Below, piece after piece: positions 25,111 through 37,702 of a stretch of 64,000 nucleotides of DNA. The translations under genes and the position numbers were made by a program. Numbering within the stretch: the stretch's first letter is position 1; the number at the start of each line of letters is the position of its first letter. The notes below the pieces were generated by a model. That model did not search any database. It was not told the DNA's origin and saw nothing but the letters and a program-made list of their open reading frames with translations. The DNA comes from Eledone cirrhosa (lineage: Eukaryota): positions 370,140,001-370,204,000 of the forward strand of contig OZ024740.1 in assembly GCA_964016885.1 (NCBI GenBank), given 5' to 3'.

Positions 25111-26269
25111 AGGGAGACATGATATGAAGCTTAAAAAACACTTGTAAACAGTGAAGTTTTAAATCAACATATGAAAAATAAATTAAGATTGATGTATGAG
25201 ATTGGGAAAAAGTGAGGGGGTTTGGAAAAGGTAAGGAAGAGGAAGAAATGAGAGTAAAGGATGGTGGGTGAGGAGTATAAGAAGGAAGGGTGAGAGAGGA
25301 GGTGATATGGGTGATAGAGAGAGAGAGATAGCCTTTACAACTGAGAAAATATATATATTGTCTCACAGAGAGAAATTAACAAGCCGTTGGAAGATAATAG
25401 ATAATTTAAAAGATTTTGAAATTAAAAGTTAATGAGGTTTATGCATGAAGAAAAAGGAATTAAGAATAGTATTAAATTAAGGTTTGTATATTGAAGGGTT
25501 TAATAATATGAGCGAGGAAAAGAATGTATTAATATGTATTATTAAAATAAAAATATTAATGTTATTAAGGATATAATGTGCACAGAAGGAGAATAATGAA
25601 TGAATTATGAATTTAGAGGAATTAGTTAGGGTTTAAGTTTGTTTTTATGTAATGTAATATGTGTACGTAAATAGTTTGATTAAAATGAGCGCGGACGGAA
25701 AGAAGAAAAGAATGTTTAAGGAAGAAAATATCTAACATCAAAAAGTATATATGTTTACGAAATATTTTCTAATGGTAATAATATAATATATTAAAAGAAA
25801 TTAGTTAGGGTTTAAGTTTGTTTTTATGTATTGTAATATGTAAAAGTCAAATTAAGTAGTAGTTTAAAACGAGCATGAAAGGATGGAGGAGATATGAAAA
25901 ATTTAAGGAAGAAAAAAAATCTAACGTCAAAAACGTATGTATACGAAGGACTTCTAATGGTAATACTATAATGTATTAAAAAAATAATTTTTATGGCCAA
26001 TGATATGAGGAAAAATGGAAGAATTGATAATGTTGTGGTGAGTAATAATAAGAATTGAGAAGTAGTTGGGAAGAAAAAGTACAGATTAGAGGTTAGAAAT
26101 TAAAAAGAAATAAGGAATAAAGGAAAATGATAAATAGGAAAGATATAGAATGAGTAAATTGCATTATATAATATATAATATTGAAATAAGGTAGCAACAT
26201 GGGTATATTTGTAAAAGATATATAAGCCTTTGAGAAAAATGATTTTAAACTAGTAAGGTATTGAGATAT

Positions 26270-28760
26270 TAACTGTATAATTTATGCAAGCAGAGAGAAA
26301 ATAAATCCGTGCGTCTATTTATTATAGAATTGAAATTAGATATAATGGTAAATTTCTCGGCTAGGCAGAGATTACATATTCTGGATAGGGAAGAATTCAG
26401 GTATGGAAAGGCAGAACAAACCTTCTTCTAAGAGATGTTATAGTTAATATTTTTGTCTTTCAAGGACCATATGAGTTCCGAGAGTGCCGTGTTAGTTCTT
26501 TTAAGTTGGTATTTAAAAGACCAATTGTGATTATAAAATCTAGCTTTGAAGGAAGTGGAAGTGGAACCGAAATAGGTAAAGGAATTGGTATCAGTTATAA
26601 CCTTACATTCATAGACTAAGTTTTTATCAAGACAATAGTTATTAAAACATTTAATTTTAATAGGGCAATTACAATTACGATTAGGGAAATTAACAGAGTT
26701 ATTAAAAAGTGACCTAGTGTTATTTATAGAAGGAATTGGATTGGAGAAGCTATTTACGATAGGAATAATAGTTTCCTGATTTTGATTGGTATTATGAACA
26801 TTCAACGAAGTTACGTTTGACGTCCTATTTAATTTTACAGAATCTAGCCTATAGTTAACAGTGACGCCGGGAGTACTACTGCTATTATTATGACGCTCAG
26901 TGTTGGAAGGATGTAATTTATTATTTAATATGTTATCGTTGTGTTTAGAGATAATGTTAGAGATGTTGGAAGAGGTGGAATAAGAAAATGTTAGTGTATG
27001 TTTGTTAAACATTTCACTATAGATATGTGAGGGTGTGAAGCATTTATCTAAGGCCCTAAAGAATAGTTTAGGAATATTATTATTAATAGAAGTAGAGAAA
27101 GGAGCATTTTACCAGATTATATTTTTGTATCTCGGTCTTTTATTTAAGTTATTGGAATGTTTATAATTAATTATTTTACTGTAAGACCTTCTAGTATTGG
27201 TTTATTTACTGTATTTAATTTTATCAGGATAACCGGCTTTAGAAAGCTTATTATTATCCCGCCGAGGTTAACTTTGCCTTTCATCCTTACGGGGTCGATA
27301 AAATAAAGTACCAGTAATACACTGGAATAATTGCTGGCCTTGTGCCTAAAGTAGAAACAATTATTATAGTAATTGGCGTTAGCATCGAAGATATCTTTAT
27401 TAGAGGAAAGGTTTGAGATTATTTTTCCAATATTACTGACTATAGCATTTTTAATGTTAGTGGAGTGGTTAGATTTAAAGTTAACATAATTTAGATTCTC
27501 ATTGTGTTTATGGTAAGGGTAATATAGGCCATTGTCAAGATTAAGTGATATATCCAAGAACTTAGCTAGTTTGACGTTGTTATCAAATTCAATTTTAAGG
27601 TTATGTTGCTTAAAGAGATCACGTATATTGTTCTTAATAATATTAAGGTTAACTAAGTTGCAGTTTAAGATAGTAAAAAGTCCATCGTCACGATAAATTC
27701 CACCGCGAAGTTGAGGAATTTTCCGATTTAAAGAATTCAAAATAAAAATACCAATCAAATCACTCAATTGCGATGAATCGGAAGTACCCATTGTGATATC
27801 AAAGTTGTTGGAAGTATCGGCTCTAGTCCAGTATTCATTGTTGAATTCTAAGATAGTTTTTTGCGGCGAGAATGATGTAAAGTTCATCTGTGGTGATGTC
27901 AGAATATTTAAATGCGAAAGATAGAGCGTTGTTGAGAAGTGAAGGCGAAATAGAAGAATAGTAGCTGGCAATATCAAATTGAATAAATTTTGGTTTGTTT
28001 TTCTTTATTCAGGTTGTTGAACCAGCCAATTACTTCAGATGTACCAAACTATAAATTTAAGTTAGAAATAGAGCAATTAGAACGAACATGTCGGATAATT
28101 CTATCCAAGATGGCTTTACTAACAACCCCAGATCTGATTTAGAGGGGGCGATTAGTCTAACAGGCAGTTCCGTTCGAAAATTACTTTTATGATCCTTGAG
28201 ATTTATCCTCGGAGTTCTTGGGAGGAATGGTCTGGTCTTTTTTTCAATGCCAAGTTTAGACATAATCTCAGAAGCTTCACAGTTTATAGATTCCAAATTG
28301 ACATGGTTAGTTTTACGATAATTCTTCCTTAGTTCCTTAAGGATAAAGTTATTATAGTTATCCCTAGATACGCCATATAAATTATTAGTTTTGTCGGAGT
28401 AGACTAAGACATCTTTAGAGGAATTAAGGTTTAAAATCGTATTCCTGAGATTTACAAGGTGCTCTTGTCCTCTGTAAGGGTTTCTGTTGAATGTAAGACT
28501 TCTTATAATATTAGTTAATTCTTCCTCGAACTGCACTAGATTTTTTTGGAAGGAGGATTTCTTCTAGAGTTAAATAAATGATCAAGAAAGTTATGTTCCT
28601 TAGTATAGAAATTTCCTTTTTGGCGCTGGTCGTGCAAGAAAGCTATCCATCTAAGCCTTCTCACAAAGGAGTCAGTTTTTTCAATCAGAGGTTTAGTGAA
28701 TTCAGATTTACCAGGTATAGCAATTTCTTTAGTTGAAGTGGTTATGTTGTAATAATCCAT
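26270..28760 (-). pseudogene. Disrupted RT-GIY-YIG ORF
   Basis: Colinear ORF pieces 28536-28760, 28057-28536, 27171-27977, 26428-27012 and a short C-terminal remnant. Confidence 0.88.
27256..27364 (+). mobile_element. 5'-truncated SINE inside PLE
   Basis: Begins (AT)CCCGCCGAGG; TSD attattat. Confidence 0.9.
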
Positions 28761-28861
28761 GTTGTAGAAGAAAAATTAAAGACCATCATAACAACTTCAA
28801 CTTCAAGATATATATATATATAGAGAGAGAGAGAGACCGACAGACAGAGAGAGAGACAGCT

Positions 28862-28895
<34 letters not shown>

Positions 28896-28914
28896 CTAGA
28901 GAGAGAGATACAAA

Positions 28915-29040
28915 TGCATCTGGTTTCAGTCTCGTTACGCACCACCTAGATTGCATGTTTTCTACTATACCCTCTTTTTGTCCAATAACTTGTGAATAGA
29001 ATTTGGTAAACTGAAATTACAGAAACCCGTCGTACATATG
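28915..29040 (+). mobile_element. Old decayed SINE of a second family
   Basis: ggtttcagtc...ttctactata...aaactgaaa...cccgtcgta motif order, recognised from memory only. Confidence 0.35.
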
Positions 29041-29534
29041 AATATATTTGTACTTATTTGTCTGTCTACAATTACTTTACTGACTGGGGCTGTGCTTGTG
29101 CACCGTAACTTGGCAGACTAACATGAATATGAACTAGCCCTGAAAGTATTGGAGTCGATATGTTCAACTAAATTAAGATGATGCCGCAACAAGGAACAAC
29201 AAAATATATTATGCAAATTGAGTAGCACACTCAATTTGCGCTATATTGATTGCTTTCGTATTTGTTTTCCTGACACATAGTTGAACACAAAATATGACAT
29301 ACTGTGAGGGTCTCATCTGTCTCTCATATGTTAGAAAATATGGAATATGTTCCTTTTCATGAAAACAGGAATATGTTCCTTTTCATGAAGTGAACTGCAC
29401 CTTGCATTGCGCAACTCTATTTGTGTGTACGTGTGAAAATTCAACGAGAGAAAACAACTCTGGGGGATAATTCAGTATAATGGTGATAGGTATTAGTTTA
29501 ATGATTGATAATTCAAGAAAAAGTCTTAAAGTTT

Positions 29535-29580
29535 CGAACATTAGTTCTTCATCAGGAGAAATAATGAAAGATAGAAGAGT
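29535..29580 (-). ncRNA. HHR remnant of a PLE end
   Basis: CTGATGA a gaac taat gttc GAAAC; stems I and III decayed. Confidence 0.5.
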
Positions 29581-29622
29581 AAGAAACATAACATTTTTAG
29601 TGAAGGAAAGCAAGTTTCCTAA

Positions 29623-29806
29623 ATAATTGTTCCTACTTTTGGCACAAGGCCAGCAATTAACCAGTGCATTACTGGTACTTTATTTTATCAACCCCGTAAG
29701 GATGAAAGGCAAAGTCAACCTCGGCGGGATTTGAACTCAGATCGTTAAGGGACGTAACTATGCTGGAAAGCATAGCGTCCGACTCTCTACCGATACTGCC
29801 AATCCA
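29623..29806 (-). mobile_element. tRNA-derived SINE
   Basis: TSD ttcctaaataat at 29616-29627 and 29807-29818. Confidence 0.92.
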
Positions 29807-29923
29807 TTCCTAAATAATCAGTGACGCTTACATGCTTGGTAAACTACGATAATAGCTCATATATGAAAACCGTATATGATATATGAGCGAGGATGGGGAG
29901 ATTAATATTTAAAGATGGAATCA

Positions 29924-30125
29924 AATAACACGCTTCCCAGAGTAGGGCGAAATCACATGTTATTTGCATCAAATAAAGGCTCTCATGAATTGGGTTAAAT
30001 GCTAGAGAGTCAGCCCAACCATTCGAATTTATTATCTCAACAATCTGGAGCTCGTTAAATATACAAAGATCGGAATTGATGCAAATAACACGTGATTTCG
30101 CCATACTCTGGGAAGCGTGTTATTA
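29924..30125. repeat. ~200-bp MITE-like hairpin, ~49-bp terminal inverted repeats
   Basis: aataacacgcttcccagagtagggcgaaatcacatgttatttgcatcaa versus its reverse complement at 30076-30125. Confidence 0.7.
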
Positions 30126-30536
30126 GCTTTCTTTGTATCCATTATACTAGATGTGTCGTGAACAACACCCATACTTGCTAACTAAGGATCCTATGGGCTG
30201 TTACACTGCACATTTTTGTGGTGAAATGAACTAAATTCGTATTAGCAAGCTTTAGTTATAAGGTTAGTAATTTAAAACTCTACTTCAGAGATTTGATTCT
30301 GACTTAGTTTTTTTCTATTTAATTGCTAGCCTGTAAGTATTGTTCTCCATGCAGTAACGGTTAAACTCGCATGTAATAATTTTTTACACACATCTCACTG
30401 TGTAACATACTTCTCTCTGTGTAATATATTTGTATTTGAGCTCAGATGAAAATTCTCTGTTCTTCTTCGAGCTAATATTATTATTACTGTGAACTACAGA
30501 ATACTTTAATTCCGATCTTTGTATATATATATATAT

Positions 30537-31238
30537 AAATTCAAGAAAGAATAGTGACATGGTTGGCTTTACAAGAGGGGCTTTATTCACATTGGTGACA
30601 ATTGTTTCTTCGATTTGGTATGTCTAGAGTTCTCTATTCGTTTGATATTGCGACAATCGATCTCCAATACTTTGTTTATACCTAATCGTTTCATCAGAGA
30701 GTGCGGTCGTGAAGAAAAAATACTCAAGGCATGGCTTTTATGGAAGAGTCGTGTTATCATCACACTATATTTCTTACTTATATTGATGTTATTATTTTAA
30801 CTATTTAGTATCTAGTTATTTTATTATTGATATTATTGTTCTGGTCTAACACCACTCTTCTATAAAAGACATGCTTTGAGTATGTTTTCTTCACGTCCGC
30901 ATGCTCTGATGAAACGATTGGGTATAAACAAAGTATTGGAGATCGATTGTCGCAACATCAAACGAATAGCGAACTCTAGACATACCAAATCGAAGAAACA
31001 GTTGTCAGCAATGTAAATAAAGCCCTTATTGTAACGCCAACAATGTCACTCTTCTTTCTTGAATTAATATTACTCCAAGTATAACCTGCATAGAAATCAC
31101 CGTGAACTCGCTGCATCAATATGGAAACGACTTGTTGAGTCAAACTAAGCCATACGTTAACACCATCCCCATCCACAACACGAAGTACCCTAACTGGACT
31201 ACATCTAAGTTGATCGCCTATTACGATAACTTGTTATC

Positions 31239-31242
<4 letters not shown>
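30537..31242. mobile_element. Family I (second subfamily) inverted-arm insertion
   Basis: IR 30537-30757 / 30847-31067; HHR on + at 30902-31010; ~170-bp tail homologous to 21065-21232. Confidence 0.87.
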
Positions 31243-31269
<27 letters not shown>

Positions 31270-31273
<4 letters not shown>

Positions 31274-31945
31274 ATTGCATCTCTAATTGTTAATGTACCC
31301 ATCCTCACTCAGATATCATAAACGAATTTGACCTTTCACCTTGATTTAGAAAGCATTTACTCAATTACTTAGAACATCTGTCTGTTTCTTCGGGGTATTT
31401 TTGTGTTTTTATTGCATCGAATGTTGGGTTTACTGCTTCTAACTGTTTACAAATTCATGCAATTTTACAGACGATCAAAAACAAATATAGAATAAATATT
31501 TCGAGTAAACTATTATTGAAATGAAATATAAACATTTCAGTTGGAGGGAAAACTGAAGCGGTCTACATTGGTTAAAATAATTTACTGAATTCTTTTTATA
31601 TTGTTTTGTTGAATTCGTTAAATCTAAATGTGTTAAGAATGTCTAGAGAAATATAATGTATATTGGTTCACATTTCTTGTTTGTTTTAACCTAATTCAGT
31701 TATCATTGTGATGCTGCTGAACCAATTCCAAGTGTGTCAATCGATGTTTATAAACAGAAATAATAATCCTGGAAATAGAAACTGGGAACTATTATGATGA
31801 TCATTTGATTTGGCCGCACACATTTTGAATTTGAATTGTCCATATACTGATATCCTTATGTGAAACATAATTTAGACATTTAGCCACAGGCTCATAATCT
31901 GATAAATACACAGTCCCGTTTACCTGTGGCTGTTTAGCATTGCAG

Positions 31946-31946
<1 letters not shown>
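31270..31946. repeat. Repeat C, second copy
   Basis: Colinear with 11197-11880. Confidence 0.7.
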
Positions 31947-31992
<46 letters not shown>

Positions 31993-34480
31993 CTTTATGG
32001 AATGCAAAAGGATATTTACAACGATCTTATATTGAAGGAACTAAGGAAGAATTACAATAAAACAACTAGTGATGACCTTGAAAAACTAAATACGGAAGCT
32101 TCTTATATAATGCAGGAATTAGGCATCGAGAATAGGACTCAACCCTTCATACCTAGGAAACCAAAAATTAATATGAAGGACCATAAAAGAAATTTTGAAA
32201 TTGAATTACCAGTTAGATTGATTGCACCATCTAAATCGGACCTTGGTATACTTAGCAAGAATATTTTAGACAGAATCATACCACAAATTAAGGAATTATC
32301 TTTTTTGAAATTACGGAAAGGGACTAACGAAGTTATCGACTGGTTTAAGGACATTAAATATAAGTATAATGATAAATTTATTCAATTGGATATTGCTAAT
32401 TATTACTCATCCATCACTCCTAATCTACTTAGTAAAGCCCTTACGTATGCATTTAAACATACAGACTTAACTAGTAATGAAATGCACATTATCTTAACTG
32501 CACGGAAAACATTAATTAAATTTAACAACCACCTCTGGACTAGAGCAGACAGAGATAGTAATTTTGATATTACTATGGGGTCATCAGATTCGGCACAAAT
32601 AACGGATCTTGTGGGGCTTTTTATTAATAATTCTTTACATAGGAAAATACCGGAGATGACCGGTGGTTTATATCGCGACGATATGCTTTTACTTATAGAA
32701 AATAATAATAATAGTGAAATAAATATGAAAAGAAAAGAAATTATACACGTTCTTAATTGCTTTAATCTTAAAGTATAAGTAGAGAATAATTATAAAATAG
32801 TTAATTTTCTAGATGTAACTTTAAACCTTAACACTGGTCTTTATTATCCATTTCATGAATTAAATGAGAATCTAAACCATGTTAAATTAATTCCAATCAC
32901 CCCAGATCCGTTAAAAACACTATAGTAAATTCTGTGCAGCAAAGTATTTCTAGAATTTCAGCTAATAAGAATAATTTTGAAGATAAAGCACAATACTATA
33001 ACGAAGCGTTAGGTAGAGCAGGATATAGTAATAAAATTAAATACATTGATAATAATGATGTGCCAACTAACCATAACTATAAAAACTATAATAGAAAACC
33101 TTACAATAACTCGAAAACCAAAAGACGAAATAGAACTAGAAATATATTATGGTTCGCTCCCCCTTTCTCATTAAGTATTAAAACTCCTATTGCTAAATTA
33201 TTCTTTAAAGCTCTAGATAAATGATTTCCTAGAACACATAGGTATTACTCAATATTTAATAGACATACTATCAAATTATCATATTCCACCACTATGAAAT
33301 TAGCGCAGAATATTAATAGAATTAATAAGAGAAAGTTAAAACCTAACCAGAATACCATTAATACCCCCTAGCAATATCAAATATAATGGTACGGCCCCTA
33401 GAAATGTAAATTTAGATAAATGTAACTGTAGAAATAAATCTAACTGTGCTCTAAATAATAATTGTTTAGTTAAAAACATAGTATACAATTGTCATGTAAA
33501 AACTAATGTAAACTCCTTTAATTATGTAGGGTCTACCTCCACAGATTTTAAGTCCCGTTTTAATAACCACAAATGCCCTTTTACGAATATTAGTAAAAAA
33601 TCTTCAACTTCTCTATCTAACTTACTATGGGACCTGAAATCAAAGAACATTAACTATTTTTCACTTTGGAATATTATCTCCAAAGCTCCTTCTTACACTG
33701 TTTTATCCGAAAATTGCGCTCTTTGTATAGAAGTAATATTCTTTATATTAAAAAGTAAGAACTCTGTTAATTTAAGGAATAATTTATTCAATTCTTGCAA
33801 ACATCGGTTAAATTCAACTTTTAAATATATATATATATATAATGTAATATATAACTTATCTCTTTTGCATAATGTCCTCTATATCCATATATGATTCATA
33901 TACTTAACTTATTTTATACTATCTCTACTTCACACATATATATTATTACACCTATCGATAAATCATTAAATTCCTTTATATGACTGCTTGAAACTCCTTT
34001 AAGGAAAATTTTTCTTGATAAACTTACTGAAGGGTTTAAGAAAATCTATTGAAAATTCCTTTGAAGGATATAGAAAAACTATATTTTTATATTCTTATAT
34101 TTTTCAAAGGTTTAATATATATATATACAAATGTTTATATATATGTGATAAACATAGTTTTTTTTTATATATGTGTGGTATAACCTAAAATTTATGCTTT
34201 AAATATATTTTGTAAATATATTCTTATGAAAAGTTTTTGTGCTCTATGCTTTAAGTATATTCTTATGAAAATTTTTTTTAAATGTTATAATGTTTAAATG
34301 TTATAACTTTATAACAAGTAAATTTATTAATTTATAAATTTATGACTTCGTATAAAATAACAAGGTTTATGTTCTAATTATATTCTTAAGATAGAAAATT
34401 TAACTTTTTAACCTTATAGCATATAATCCTTAGATAAATCACTTATAGCTTCCTTTATGCTTTACTGTTATTATAATATA

Positions 34481-34663
34481 TGGATTGGCAGTATCGGTAG
34501 AGGGTCGGACGCCATGCTTTCAAGCATAGTTACGTCCCTTTACGATCTGAGTTCAAATCCCGCCGAGGCTGACTTTGCCTTTCATCCTTACGGGGTCGAT
34601 AAAATAAAGTACCATTAATGCACTGGATAATTGCTGGCCTTGTGCCTAAAGTAGAAACAATTA
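34481..34663 (+). mobile_element. tRNA-derived SINE
   Basis: TSD attataatata. Confidence 0.92.
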
Positions 34664-34770
34664 TAATATAAATAAGTGGTTATTCTTTTATAAACTCTGG
34701 GAATTTCCATAAATTTAGAATTATTTGGATAATTTAAATTTTGACTTACATTAATTGTTTTGACTTACAT

Positions 34771-34945
34771 TAATTGTTTCTACTTCAGGCACAAGGCCAG
34801 CAAATCAGCCAGTGCATTACTGGTACTTTATTTTATCGACCCCGTAAGGATGAAAGGCAAAGACAACCTCGGCGGGATTTGAACTCAGATCGTAAAGGGA
34901 CGTAACTATGCTGGAAAGCATGGCGTCTGACCCTCTACCGATACT
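34771..34945 (-). mobile_element. tRNA-derived SINE, inverted partner of 34481
   Basis: Reverse-complement copy lacking the first ~15 nt. Confidence 0.9.
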
Positions 34946-35609
34946 ATTTTTTTCAATAATTTTTTTCAATAATTAATAATATATATATATTATAATAATA
35001 TATATATTTTTTTTAATATATTTTTTTATAATATATAATAGTTTTTTAATATTTTTTAATAATTAATACTCCTTAACATACACATTTAAACTAATTATTA
35101 AATTATTAATTAAACATTTAATCAAATCTATTAATTAAACTTTTAATCAATTTTTTTCAACTTATCATTATAAATAGCATAGTCAAAACATAACGAATCC
35201 TGCTTTATTATTCATCCACGCTATATTCGTTTCTTGGGTTCTTCTTCTTTCCTCTCACGTAAACACACTTACGCTATATTTGTTCCTTTATAACTAATAT
35301 TTTCTCTCACTTAAATATAATCACCTACACTCTTCTCACACTATTCCACTGGCAAAATATATATAACCATTTCTTCTTTTTCTCTTTCTTTCTTTTTCTC
35401 TCTCTCCCTCACAATATCACCTTCTTCCAACAGTTTAATTTAAATATACCGTTATTTAAACTTTTCGGACACTCATTTGCATACTCAATCATAACTTTAT
35501 ATCACCCTCAATAAATATAGTATCTCCACTATCCAGGAGGCTCCAACCATTAAGGTTGTCTTTTTTCAGGGTATGTCGATGTTTATTTATAAACCTAATT
35601 CTGTGTTGT

Positions 35610-35673
35610 ATTTTATCTGATGAAAGCGCACCATAATTTGCATTGGTGGCCCTTGAAATATGTATAATAAAAT
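35610..35673 (+). ncRNA. Type I hammerhead ribozyme
   Basis: attttat CTGATGA aagcgcacca...tggtggccctt GAAA tatgta TA ataaaat. Confidence 0.8.
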
Positions 35674-35716
35674 AAATATGGTTATATAAATATAGTTTCC
35701 ATTTGTTAATATATTG

Positions 35717-35748
<32 letters not shown>

Positions 35749-35789
35749 GTGTATATATATATAAAGATATATACATATATATATATATA

Positions 35790-36390
35790 TAGGAGGAGGT
35801 TATAGTTCACTTGAAGCATTGTGTAATGAGGTATGGACATAGAAAAAAGAATGCAATTGCAAAAGATATTGTTGCACATCGTCTTTTACCTTAGATTTAT
35901 TTAAATGTCCTTAATTTTCGAGATAATATCTCTTCTTCAGAGGGAAATAAATGTCTCAAACCAGCCTTCTAAATATCTTGCCAAGCATATGGCTTGATGA
36001 TTCTTACCTATTTTTTTAATTCATCTCTTGATAAGCTCTAAGCCGCATACATAATACTAGGATCGGATATATCCACAAAGTACGAGCGAACCTATCGATA
36101 GTCGGGACTAGAGGATTTTGGTAAAGTTTATATGCATTTTTTCTTCTAACTTATATTTTAGACTTAGCTCCGTGTAATTGATTATTTGTCTAGTTAATGT
36201 CTACGAGCTAAGAGGAAAGACTAGATACATTTTATCTGACTGTTCCTCTCGGAAAATAGTCGGTATCATCATTTGTCTATTATTTCTTTATAGTTATGTT
36301 TTTTAACTCATAGCCCCGTTTAAATGATTATTTATCTGGTTGATTTCAACTGACAAGGGTGAAGAAAGACTGGGTATATTTTATCTAATA
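35790..36390 (-). mobile_element. Old PLE end with HHR remnant
   Basis: - strand CTGAAGA a gagat att atctc GAAA at ~35910-35945; TA-flanked. Confidence 0.45.
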
Positions 36391-36559
36391 CTTGTATATA
36401 TATGTATATATGTATATATATATATGTATATACGTATATATATATAATATATATATGCATATATATATATATATAAATATGTTATATATATTACATATAT
36501 ATATATATAATATATATTATATATCATATATATATATATTTATATATATATATATATAT

Positions 36560-37605
36560 AAAGAAAAAAAGATGAAATCGAAAATGCAACTGGAGTCTTA
36601 TTTTTAAAATAATATATATATTTATTTGGTTCCTTTACTGGTTTCGCAGTGCTTCTGCTTTTCAAAAGTAGAGTTGAGATGGAGGGTCTGTGGTTTTTCT
36701 CACATCTGCTTGATCTTTGAATGTTACTTGTTTTATATGGAAAAAAGCGGCTCGAAATGCCAGGTTTTTAGAGGAGTAATTTGATAGGTTGGTCAATAAG
36801 TATAACAAATTTCGCGCCAGTTCGCATTACAAAGTTCTTCAAACAGGGGGGGGGGGGCCTCAGGTTGCTTTTTCATATATGAGTGTTTGAATTTCTTTTT
36901 ACTTAAAAAAAGGGCTCACGAAGGCTTTTTTTAAAATGTAATTTGATTATAAATGAAATTATAGTTGTCACGTGAACAAGTTCATTATATTTCTCGCCCG
37001 TATTTGGGAATTTATTTTGTAGCCTTTTAGAGAAGTTTATGACAATAATAAAAGAGGCTCACGGAAGGTTTTTTTTAAATGTAATTTGATTGGTTATAAA
37101 TGAAATTATGCATGTCACGTGAATAAATTCATTAAATGTCGCACCTGTATTTGGGAATTTATTTTGTAGCCTTTTAGAGAATTTTATGACAATAAAAGAA
37201 AGTTGCTCACGAAGGCTTTTTTTTTTAAATGCAATTTGATTGGTTTGACTGTCACGTGAACAAGTTCATTAAATTTCGCGGCCGTATTTGGGAATTTATT
37301 TTGTAGCCTTTTAGAGAATTTTATGACAAGCAAAAGAATGGTCAAGAGAAATGTGATGGGAGAATTGTTCTGGTTCAGTGATAATATATATATATATATA
37401 TATTAGAAAGTGAGGTTTTTTTTACAAAATGAAAAATAACAGGTGTCCTACACGAGTGAAAGTATAAAGAAAAAAAGATGAAATCGAAAATGCAACTAGA
37501 GTCTTATTTTAAATATATATATATATTTATTTGACTCCTTTACCGGTTTCGCCATTCTTCTGCTTTTCAAAAGTAGAGTTGAGGTGGAGGGTCTGTGGTT
37601 TTTCA
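36560..37605 (-). mobile_element. Two family B ends in direct orientation
   Basis: 36560-37380 has the short end and an internal ~125-150-bp triplication; 37403-37605 has the long end. Confidence 0.85.
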
Positions 37606-37621
37606 TATATATATATATATG

Positions 37622-37702
<81 letters not shown>

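Larger units (their letters stand above)
25005..28810 (-). mobile_element. Near full-length Hydra-type PLE
   Basis: ATG at 28760 (MDYYNITTSTKEIAIP...RRLRW), DKTNNLY, LKDHK...RLIAPSKSDLG, GIYRDDG, CNC linker, GIY-YIG; frameshifted; 3' UTR with HHR. Confidence 0.92.
31990..35716 (+). mobile_element. Hydra-type PLE, 5'-truncated; close relative of PLE-1
   Basis: MKDHK...RLIAPSKSDLG...GLYRDD (32002-32778), WFAPPFS, CNC linker and GIY-YIG to ~33845; 3' UTR with HHR. Confidence 0.92.

Noticed and set aside
31990-33845. Selenocysteine recoding as in Naiad PLEs
   Set aside because: Endonuclease is C-terminal, not Naiad-like; the TGA at ~33222 aligns with Arg/His in paralogues, not Cys; other breaks are frameshifts; no SECIS recognised
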